This document shows, piece by piece, positions 28,901 to 40,900 of a DNA stretch of 64,000 bases (position 1 is the first letter of the stretch; each line of letters starts with the position of its first letter). Origin of the DNA: Leucoraja erinacea (taxonomy: Eukaryota); the NCBI RefSeq assembly GCF_028641065.1, contig NC_073382.1, positions 51,770,001 through 51,834,000 of the forward strand, given 5' to 3'. The position numbers and the translations under genes were made by a program. The notes beneath the pieces are model-generated. The model ran no database searches. It was not told where the DNA came from and saw nothing but the letters and a program-made list of their open reading frames with translations.

Positions 28901-31900
28901 AAGGAATAAGTAACATTTCAGGTTGAGAGCCTTCATTAGAGGCTAAAGGGTCTCGACCCGAAACATCATCTATACCTTTTCTCCAGAGATGCTGCCTGAC
29001 CTGCTGAGTTACTCCAGCATTTTGTGTCTTGTTCAGTTATAATCTGGCATTTCCCAGTTTTCACAAATATATTTGTTAGATCACTCTACGTATGTACTGT
29101 AAATCCAGCTAGGAGGAATTTGTCTTCTCACGCAAAGGAATATTCTGAATTCTTGATAATTTTGTCATCATCATCATCGGTGGTCACTCAAAGCGAGTAT
29201 GACTGTCCTCTCCTCTCCATAGGGTCGACAACTTGTGGGTCTGCTGATGTCTGTAGAGGCTGTTCCGCGATCCACACACCTTGGTGCAACATGGGCAGTG
29301 AAGACTGGTGGTGGTAGTTGTCGAGTCCCCTTCTCTCTCTCCTTACGGTGCTGTTGCTTTGTCTCTGCGACACGGCATAGTTCCATTTCGTGATGTGCAG
29401 CTCCTTCCTGCACGGATTTCCTCCAGGAGCGCTTGTCCAGTGCAATGTGCTCCCAGTTGCTCGATGTGATGTGGAATTTCTTCAGACTGTTCTTGATGTT
29501 TTCCTTGAAGCGTTTCTTTGGCCCGCCGGGGGCTCACCGGCCATCCTTCAATTGAGACTACAGGATCTGTTTAGGGAGACATAGTGTGTTGGACAGGCGG
29601 ATGACATGGCCAGCCCATTGAAGTTGGTGCCGCATTATTGTGGTGGTGGTGATGCTGGTCATGTTGCCTTCCTCCAAAACGCTGATTTGGTGCGTTTTTC
29701 CTCCCAGCTGATCCTCTGAATGTTTTGTAAGGATCTTTGATGGTACTGTTCAGGGGCTCTCAGGTGCCTGCTGTAGGTGGTCAATGACTCTGCTCCATAC
29801 AACAGGGTGGAGAGGACAATGGCTCAGTAGACCAGCAGTTTTGTTTGAGCCTTTAGGTCTCGGTCTTCAAAAACTCTTTTCCCGAGTCTGGCGTAGGCTC
29901 CGCTGGCACAACTCAGCCCATGGTTGACCTCAGAGTCAATGTCAGCTTTTGAGGAAAGAATGCTGCCAAGGTAGGGGAAGTGGTCAACGTTTTCAAGAGT
30001 GGTGTCATCCACTTTTATAGTGGGCTGGGTGGATGGCTGGTTGGGTGGAGGTTGATGTAGGACCTGGGTCTTCTTGATATTTAAGGCTTGGCCCAAAGCT
30101 CTGTATGCCTTGGCAAAGGCATTCAGGATGTCCTGGAGGTCTTCTGCAGAGTGTGCTGCAATGGCACAGTTGTCCGCATACTACTGAAGCTCCACGATGG
30201 TGTTACTGACTTTGCTCTTGGCCTTCAACCTCTTAAGGTTCAAGAACCCACAGTCAGTTCTGTAGAGGATTGGGATCCCCTGTGGCAGCTCTTCACCAAT
30301 GAGTATGGCAGCAATGAAGTCGACAAACAGGGTGGGTGCGATGATACATCCCTGTTTGACCCCCGTTTCCACATTGAAGGGCTCGGAGTCAGAGCCGAAG
30401 TTGCTGAGCACTGTGACCGACATGCCATCATGTAGAAACCTCAATATTCTGGGGTACTTGTCGTGACAACTGTACCTTGATAGTATGCTCCAAAGAGCCT
30501 GGCGGTCTGCCGAGCCTGGCGGTCTACCTAGACTTTGGCAGGTCCACGAAGGCCATGTACAAAGGCTGCCTTTGTTCACGGCATTTTTCCTGGAGTTAGC
30601 GTGCTGTGAATATCATGTCTGCTGTACCTCTGGATGGGTGAAAGCCACATTGTGATTCTGGGAGTACCTCCGCAGACAGTGGTAGAAGTCGGTTTACGAG
30701 GACACAAGCAAGGACTTTGCCTGTTGTTGACAGGAGCGAGATGCCCCTGTAGTTTCCACATTCTGCCTTGTCCCCTTCTTAAAAATGGTCACCATTAGAG
30801 CATCCCGGAGTTCTGAGGGAAGTTCTTCTTTTTCCCCAGACCTTGAGGAGTAGGGCGTGGATGCGGTACAGGAGCTCCGGTCCACCTTCCTTTAAGATCT
30901 CAGCTGGGATCCCATCTGGACCGGTGGCCTTGTTGTTCTTAAGGCTCTTGATGGCATCTTGAACCTCTGTCATAGTGGGAGGTTCTTCCATGTCTTCTCT
31001 GATGGGACTCTGGGGGATGCGGTGGGTAATGACTGGTTCAGTTGTGCTGTCACGGTTGAGGAGTTCCTGGAAGTGGTCTTTGTATTGGGGGTTAATGGAC
31101 TAACTGTCCTTCAGCAGTTCTTGTCCGTCTTTTGAGCGCAGGGGGGTTAAGCCGCGGTAGCTTGGCCATAGACGGCCTCAGTAGCGCTGAAGAAGCCTCT
31201 GGTGTCACGCGAGTCTGCCAGTCTCTGGTTTTCAAGAGCCTTATCTGTACACCAATAGTTCTTAAGCTCTTTTGTAGTGCATGCACCAAGGAGGCGTATT
31301 ACTGTGAAGAATGTTACATCCACTGCCACCCTCCAATCAGCTAAAACAATTAAAACGCTGGATTTATTAGTAAGTTCACAAATGCAAGCACAGAAAGTGG
31401 ATACAAGAAGGAACTTACAGGGTTTTTTGAAAGTGCTGCCACAAGTGATTTGAACTTCTCTTTATGGCAGTTTCCAATATATTCCAGAGTAGCTTTGATA
31501 ATGTAGGAAGGAAAATGTGGTGGGTTAGGAGCAGGATCCATTGCCCTGAATAAAAGAGGGAAATAGAATAGCTTTCGACTCTTAAGCAGAAAAATACAAC
31601 TATTATTTCATCATGCAAAAGATTCCACGATGGGTCACAATAACTATCCGATTCATTTCCTAGTAAAATGGCAAGTCATATCTATCTCTTTACTTTTCAA
31701 TTAATGCTGCACAATTCACACTATTTACAGATTTGATCTCCAGTTGGATAAAAAATATTCAAGGGATAATGGATACAATTAATTGGATTGCTTTTTTTCT
31801 CATACAAATTCAAAAGATCTATTTAAATATAAACACACAAATGGAATTAAACAACCTTGTTTAAACATATATAAATTAATACTTTACTCAATAGATTTTG

Positions 31901-34900
31901 TTGCTTATGCAGTAAAGGTACTAGGCTAAAACATATTTCTTAATGTGGCAAAATAAAACAAAATTGCAATTACAATAAGCTTGCTTAAAAAATAATTACA
32001 CTTTCCACAAGGTTTGTAACAGTATTGTTACAAGCAAATCATTGCCCATTATGTCTTATCAGTAGAAAAAAAGATTCAAATGTACTTTAGTTTCCTTACC
32101 CAACAAAGTTCCCCAGCTCTCCACCATTCGCTACATCTTGGTTAGGAAGATCATACAGGGTATTGAGCACCTCAACAACAATCTCTGGCAAGTTGTTGAG
32201 GCTCAAATGGTCAATTTGCTTTTTTTTTAAAGGAAAAGAGAAACACTAATGTTAAATATTATAAACATCCTAATTTTTAAAGCTTTGAAAAAAAAATGCA
32301 TTCAATACCTGTACCATCATTGTTTCTGAAATATTTCTTATCTTTTTTGATAAATTATGAAACGACCGTATCAATATACCGACTTCAGATTGCATGTAAC
32401 TGAAATGCACCAGAGTTTACATTGTCTATTGGAGTCACAATAATAACAGGATACATATTGCTGGGTACAGGATACAAATTTTAACTGGAGAGTAAAAGGG
32501 AGAGGCAAAGTTACCGTGTCCGCCTTGGCCTACACAATCTTCCAGTTACCAAACATTTTAACTCCCCTTCCCACTCCCATACTGACCTTTCTGTCCATGG
32601 CTTTCTCCACTGTCAGAGTGATGCCACACTCAAATTGGAGGAAACCACCTACCAAACGAGTATTGATTTCTTTTCAACTAACAGCCTTCCCACTTCCATA
32701 CTGACTTTCGTCCCATTACAATGGGTCATTGAGGGTTCCTGGAGCCAAATTTCTCACTAACGTTAGAGTGTCCTCCATTCCCAATTGGAGGAACAGCACC
32801 TCCATTTCTTGGGTTCGGCTTATAATCCGTTCTGTACCCTTTTCTACAAGTTCAGAGTCCCATGGCCTCTCAGTCTGAACTTATTTCCAAAGGGTCTTTC
32901 AAATTCCCAACCTATCTCCTCCCACCTTTTGATGCAGCCACTTATTGGCATTTATCAATCAATTTCAAAAACCTTTCCACAAGGGTTTGTAACAGTATTG
33001 TTACAAGCAAATCATTTATGTCTTATCAGTTAGAAAAAAAAGATTCAAATGTACTTTAACTGTTCCTTATCTCCTCTTTATCACCTCCTCCACATCCAAC
33101 AATCTGTTAAATTAAACTCCTCTAGCTTCAAAAAAAAATCAATGCATCACATAGTACCCATCATTGTTTCTGAAATACCTGTATCATACCTCAAATGTAA
33201 AGGGTCTCGACCCATTTTAACTGGAGAGTAAAAGGTAGAGGCAAAGCTACCCGCCTTGGCCTCTCTCAATTTTTAAAAACTCCCCTCCCATATACTGACC
33301 TTTCTGTTCTCATGCTTTCTCCACTGTCAGAGTGATGCCACACTCAAATTGGAGGAACAGCACCTCATATTTCACTTGTGCAGTTTATAACCCAGAGGTA
33401 CGAGTATTGATTTCTCAAATTTCAAGTAACCCTTGCATTCCCTCTATCTCAATCCCCCCCACCTTACTCATCCTGCTAGTTTTACTGTTCGTATCTCCTC
33501 GTTATCACCTCCTCCACAGCCAACAATGGGCCATTGTGGGTTCTTTGGGTTCGGCATCAATCCGTTCTGTACCTTTTCATACCTCTAGTTTCTCTCACCC
33601 CTGTATCTCAGTCTGAAGAAGGGTCTCGACCCAAAGGGTCTCTCACCCATTCCTTTTCCCTAAAGATGCCACCTGAGTTACTCCCACCTTTTGCAACATA
33701 GAAAATAGGTGAAGTAGGTCATTCGGCCCATCGAGCCAGCACCGCCATTTAACATGATCATGGCTAATCATCCAAAATCCGTACCCCATTTCTAATTTCT
33801 CCCCATATCCCTTGATTCCATATTTTGTGTATATCTATGATTACTTCAAGACTACCTTTATCAGCAAGGCTAGAAAGGAAATAAAAATGTTGCATCACAA
33901 CTCCGCAACCAACCACTTGATGCCCATTGGGATTCATTTTATCAACAGCTATCTTGCTGTTGGAGGCTGCCCCTCTCAACTTACTTCTGGGATTCAGCTC
34001 TTTGGCCCATATTTGGATCAAGACTGCAATAGGTCTAAAGTCAAGTGATCCAGGTGAAACTCAAACTCAGTATTAGTGAGATTATTGGCGAGTAAATATA
34101 GTATGCTTGCCTGCATTGCTTGGGTCATTGAACATAAGGGTCAGGAAGTCTTTGCAGCTCTATAGGGCTTTGGTTAGGTCATATTTGGAGTATTGCGAGC
34201 AGTTCTGGTCATCCTATTACAAGAAAGATGTGGACGCTTTGCAGAGGTTTACCAGAATGCTGCCTGGATTATGGAGTTTCAGCTCCAGGGGAGGTTGGAT
34301 AGACTTGGGATTGTTTTCTCTGGAACATCAAAGATTGACAAGAGATTTGATAGGTATATATTATGAGAGGCATAGATAGGGTAGACAATCAGAACCTTAT
34401 TTCCCAGGGTGGAAATGTCTAACACTAGAGTGCATAGCTGTAAGGTGAGAGGGGGAAAAGGTTTTAATCGAGATATGCGGGATGGGTTTTTTTTACACAC
34501 ACAGGAAAATAAAAGCCCAGAACGCATTGCCAGGGGTGATGGTGGGAGCAAATGCGACAGTGGCATTTAAGAAGCTTTTGATAGGCCCATGGATCTGTGG
34601 GAAATTGAGAGATATGAATCACTTGTGGGCATATGAGAGCAGTTCAGCTTCATGTCATCATGTCGGGCACAAACATTGTGGGCCAAAGTGTCCGTTCCTG
34701 TGCTTTACTGAATTACTATAGAACTGTCAATGACATCTTCCACCACTTTTGGAGAGGACTGGATGATAATTAGCCAGATTCGATGTGTTCTGCTCTTCAT
34801 GAAGTGGATGTACCTTGACTCTCTTCTGCATTGTTTGATTGGTGCCATTGCTGTATCTGTAATGGCAGGAGTTTGGCAGAGATACAGATAGCTCTGGAGC

Positions 34901-37900
34901 ACGCTTTCACATAAAGCATGAAATAAACTAATCGTGACAATAAACTAAACTAATCCCTTGTTATATGATTTTTGTCCATGGTAGCATAATAACTCACCGT
35001 AGGGCTCTAGTATTAGTAAAATACATCAAAAACTGTACAACAAAATGGCAGTATATCTCACCTGCTTCCCCAGGCAATCATCTTCTTTCAGCATGTCATA
35101 CACCTTGGATGCATTTTCTCTCCGTTGTGCAAAAACATTATCAGATCCACTATTTTCTTGATATGCAAAGTAAGGCAGAATATTAACCATTATCTTTGGA
35201 AGGCAATCAACAAGCAATTCTTTCCACTCTCTGTTAATGTGCGCAGCAATTGATTTCACTTCCTTTATGTTCCCAGTAACCATCAGGTGGGGGATAAGTA
35301 CTTTGTAATAGGACCTAAAACAGAAACCAACAAAAATAGTTAATAAAGAGAATCAATTACAACTGTTGTTCCAAATCAGTAGCTATCAAAATAATAATTC
35401 AATCATTTAAATTCTTCTCAACAACTATATGATCTGAGTATATTTATTTAGTAGTTTGTAACAGAATTTTGGTGCTGAAAAGTGAAGCATATTCATTGAG
35501 AAATATCTTAAATTCTCAGTTTATGCTGTTATTCTCACAGAAGGTGCAATAATACAGTTACACAACACAGATGGAAAACCAGATGGATGCAGTATCAAAC
35601 TCAGACTACACTTTTACTTCAATCTCTCTCAGCTGTAAGATCAGAAGGGTGAGGTGAGGAGGGGAAGGATTTAATAGGAACCCGAGGAGCAAGCAACGTT
35701 TGTTTTACATAAAAAGGTGGTAGGTATATGAAAGAAGCTGTAGGAGTAGGTAGTTAAGGCAGGTACTATCTTAACAGTTTAAAAAAAACATTTGCACAGG
35801 TACATGGATAGGATAGGTTTACAGGGAAATGGGCCAAACACAGGCAGGTGGGACATGTTGGTCGTTATGGGCAGGTTGGGCCGAAGGGCCCGTTTCTACT
35901 CTGTAAGACTCGTTAACAGCAATATTATTGTTTCCACAACTTTTTCAACAGTTCTGTAAGTCAGTCAAATTTAGAGCATGTCCAGAGATACCCCCAACTA
36001 ATTGCATTGATATGGGCCCATAAGGCAAAGCAAACATATATGTCTGCTGAACGTGAGAGAAATTGTTGGTCTATTTTTCTTTAAGCCAATAAATTTATTA
36101 CCATTGACTTTGAGCACATTTACTTACAGTTAACATAGCACTGTTAATGATCAGTAAACATGTTTAGATATATTGCAGAAATGCAGGACCACTCCAGTAT
36201 TTGTTGTTGTGACTTGCCCACCATTTACCTGTAAAATTCTTCCAGATTAGAGCAGTTCAATACAATGTAAGGGAATGTAGACAATTTGTAGTCAGGATCA
36301 GTCACTGCCAGCCATTCATGGATCAGATAATCCATATGAGAAACCATGAAGCTCTCCAAAGTATGGTAAGTCAAACACTTTGACGTAGACTCAAGAATCT
36401 AAGCAAAAGTAAGCAGACATATGTATAACTCAAAACAATATGGCTTTATAAAATCCTGAACAACAAAAAATATTCTGCATTTGTTATTGACTGCGGGACG
36501 GGAACAATCATACCACCAATTAATTGTGCAATTCCAAAAATATATTCTGCATCACAAAACATTTGGTGATATTGGATTTTATGTTAATATTTTTCCTTTC
36601 CGCTCCAGCAGGTCTTCCCAACATTGATACTTCATTGCGTGACCGGAGTTAGAGGTGTTGGGAAATTTAAATGTAAAGATTTTAGACTTGAGATACAGCA
36701 TGAAAAAAGGCTCACCATGTCCTTGTCGAACAGTGATCACCCTCGTACACTAACACTACCTCATGCACTACGGACAATTTACAATTTTACAGAAGTCAAT
36801 TAATCTAAAAACCTCAAGAGTCAAGAGTCAATTTAATTGTCATTTGGACCCCTGGAGGTCCAAACGAAATGCCGTTTCTGCAGCCATACATTACACACAA
36901 ATAGACCCCAGACACAACATAATTACATTTAACATAAACATCCATCACATAGCTGTGATGGAAGGCCAAATAAACTTCTCTCCCCACTACCCCTCCCCCC
37001 CCCCCCCCCGATGTCAGAGTCAAAGTCATAGCCCCCGGCTGGCGATGGCGATTGTCCCGCGGCCATTAAAGCCACGCCGGGTGATGCGAGGTCGCACACC
37101 GGGTCTTGATGTTGGAGCCCCCGGTGTGCGCTCGCAGAGTCCGCGGCCATTCCAGCCGCGCGGGGCAGTGATGTAGGCCCCGCTCCAGGAGCTCTTCGAC
37201 CCCGCAACTCGGGCGGGAGAAGTCACCGCCGCAGAAGCCCCGAAAAGCGGTCTCCCCCCAGGGAGCCGTGGGCTCCCGGCGCCGTCGTCCACAGACCTGT
37301 AGAGAGCCTCCGACTCTCCGGCAGCAGCAGCAGCAGCAGCAGCAGCACAGCATCAGCAGCAGCAGCGCTCCTCCACCGCTCCGGACTCGGCCAGCTCCGC
37401 GACGGCAACGGTGAGTCGACACCTGAGTCCCCGGTCTCTTCCTGTTGGAGGCCGCTCCTCGTTGCGGCCTCAACGACGACTGAGACCCGACGAGAAAAGG
37501 TCGGGTCTCCAGTGCAGGGAGAGATTCAAAAAGTTTCCCCCCCCCCCCCCCCCCCCCCCACACACACACCCCAACAAAAAATAACAAACACTACATAAAA
37601 ACACAGACAAAAATAATAAAAACGCGGACAGGCTGCAGAGGCCGCTGCTGGCCAGAGCCGCGCCGCCTACCGGAAGCTGTATATCTTTGGGATGTGGGAG
37701 GAAACCGGAGCATCCGTGGAAAACCCATGTGGTCACAGGGATAATGTACAAACTCCGTACAGACAGCACCCGTAGTCAGGATCGAACATAGGTCTCCGGC
37801 GCAGTAAGACAGCAGTTCTACCGCTGTGCCACACCAGAGATTTCTGCACACAGAATGTTAATCTTTGACATGGATGCGTTTGATGTGTTATTCTTATACA

Positions 37901-40900
37901 CAAAAAGAAAACAGAATGAGGAAGTAAACAGTGCCATTTGAACATCTGTTATAAAGATAACAATTTCCTTTCATAATTACCTTTTTAACAAGCATAGGGT
38001 CTAGCTTGTTCTCCTTTAATGATTGGCAAATAGCAAATAGGGCCTGCTTTTCACATATGGGGCTGCAGCACATGATCAATGAAAGCACTATAAGCAACGT
38101 AGCTCTTCTGTTGCATTCCTCATCCTGAAGTTCTTCTGGGGATGTACGATTCTGAAGAAACGGAGAATATATTTTAAAAAGCCATGGACAATTGCACAGA
38201 CAAGGCATCTTCGATTTGCATTGCGACATTATTGCAGAATAATCTCTTACATTGGTCTTGAGAGGCACCAGGAAGAAGCTGATCACAGGGAGAATGGAAG
38301 CAATATTAGATGGGATGGCCAAAAGCAACAATGCAGAGCTCAGCATTAAGAGGACAGAAAAAGGTGGAGATGTAGGTAGGAAGTACTGGAGACAGAAGAA
38401 TGGGGAGTTTGGTCAGGGACTCTGAAGAAGATTAGAAATAAGGAATAATATTAATTATTCTGATAATATTAATGCTAGTGTGGCGTCAGCTAATACACGG
38501 GCCACTTATGGTCGAACCCTCGTCAGTAGGTACGAGGGCTGGCATGTGACGTCATGGGCTAGAGGGAGTGTCCTGCGACTTAAGGTTATCTCACCTCGAG
38601 ACCTTAGCAGTCAACAGGTAGCGGAGCCCGAGAGAACAACCTCACTCAGCTACAGCAGCAATGATACTATAGTTAGCGGACCAACCTAACGTGTAGAACC
38701 TGAATAAACTATTGTTTGAACCTGCCTGACGTCTGGCGTTATTCACCACGTTTGGTGGCGCTACACTAGACACAAAATACTGGAGTAAATCAGCGGGTCA
38801 GGCAACATCCCTGGTGATAATCGATAGGTGACGATTTAGGTCGGGACCCTTCTTCAGACTGATTGTAGGAGAGAGCAATGGAAGCAAGAAAATAAAAGGG
38901 TCTTTTCTTGCTTCCAGTTCCTCTCCTCTTTAATCAGACTGAAGAAGGGTCCATACCCGAAACATCTCCTATCCAGAGATGCTACCTGACCCACTGAGTT
39001 ACTCCAGCATTTTACGTCTCTCTTTGGTATAAACAAGCATCTGCAGTTCATTTTTATTAATGATAATATTAATGCTTGAGAGAGAATTAAATATAATTGT
39101 CAAATACAAAATAATGCCCTGGAAAAGACACAAAGTGCTGGGATAACTCAACAGAGTAATGCAGTGAATAAGGTAGTATCTCTGAAGAACATGGATAGGC
39201 ATTGTTGTGGGTCGAGACCCGTCTTCAGGCTCTGGATTTAGTTTATCCACTGCGTTCTTCATAAAGAATTAATTGCCACGATTCATTTTCAGATTACGAT
39301 TTGGTGTTTCATGGATTCCTAATATTCCAGAGAGTATTGTAATATGTAACATTATTTCACCATTTAGTGTCACAGACTGCCATCTATGGTTGCACATTGG
39401 GAATGAACTTCACGTAAAGTTGGCTCCAGTATAATTGGAGCAATATTTCTCTAATGCGAATGATGCAATTATTAGAAACATAGAACCATAGACATAGAAA
39501 ATAGGCGCAGGAGTAGGCTATTCGGCCCTTCGAGCTTGCACCGCCATTCAATATGATCATGGCTGATCATCCAAATCAATATCCCATACCTGCCTTCTCT
39601 CCATACCCCCTGATCCCTTTAGCCACAAGGGCCACATCTAACTTAAATCCAGCCAATGAACTGGACTCAACTACCTGCTGTGGCAGAGAATTCCATAATT
39701 ATCGTATTAATATATAGTATTAATATAGCTTCCCACTTACATATGGCAGGAATGAATAACGGAATAGTTAATATTCCAGTGCCTTGCTCTGCCTCTGCAA
39801 GATTATAAAATAGTTATATAGAGAAGGGTCTTTTAAAATTTTGAATTCTTAATGAAATTTTAAAGCTACACTGCATTCCGAAAGTATTCAAACCCCTTCA
39901 CTTTTTCCACATTTTGTTACGTTACGGCCTTATTCTAAAATGGATTAAAATCTTTTTTTTTTTAAATCATCAATCTACACACAATACCCCATAATAAAAA
40001 AGAAAAAAACAGGTGTGTAGAAATTTTTACAAAGTAATTCAAAAAAATAACTGAAATATCACACTTACATAAGTATTCAGACCCTTTACTCAGTTAATTG
40101 TTGAGGCACCTTTGGCAGCGACTACAGCCTCAAGTCTTCTTGGGTATGACGCTACAAGCTTGGCACACCTGTATTTAGGTAATTTCTCCCATTCTTCTCT
40201 GCAGATCTTCTCAAGCTCTGTCAGGTTGGATGGGGTGCGTCGATGCACAGCTAATTTCAGGTCCCTCCAGAGATGTTTGATCAGGTTCAAGTCCGGGCTC
40301 TGGCTGGGCCACTCATGGACATTCACAGACTTGTCACAAAGCCACTCCTGTATTGTCTTGGCTGTGTGCTTAGGGTCGTTGTCCTTTTGGAAGGTGAACC
40401 TCTGCCTCAGTTTGAGGTCCAGAATGCTCTGGAGCAGGTTTTCATCAAGGATCTCTCTGTACTTTGCTCTGTTCATCTTTCCATCGATCCTGACTAGTCT
40501 CCCAATTCCTGCCGCTGAAAACATCCGCACAGCATGATGCTGCCACCACCATGCTTCACCGTAGGTATGGTATTGGCCAGGTAATGAGCGGTGCCAGGTT
40601 TCCTCCAGGCGTGAAGCTTGGTATTCAGGCCAAAGAGTTCAATCTTGGTTTCATCAGACCAGAGAATCTTGTTTCTCATGGTCTGAGAGTCCTTTAGGTG
40701 CCTTTTGGCAAACTCTAAGCGGGCTGTCATGTGCCTTTTACTGAGGAATGGCTTCTGACTGGCCACTCTACCGTAAAGGCCCGATTGGTGGAGTGCTGCA
40801 GATATAGTTGTCCTTCTGGAAGGTTCTCCCATCTCTAGAGGAACTCTGGAGCTCTGTCAGTGACCATTGGGTTCTTGGTCACCTCCCTGGCCAAGGCCCT

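Noticed and set aside
37537-37559. Long C/G homopolymers (also ~11793, ~36985, ~43166, ~51116, ~60171)
   Set aside because: Slippage runs inside repeats; lengths are unreliable and there is no evidence of function.
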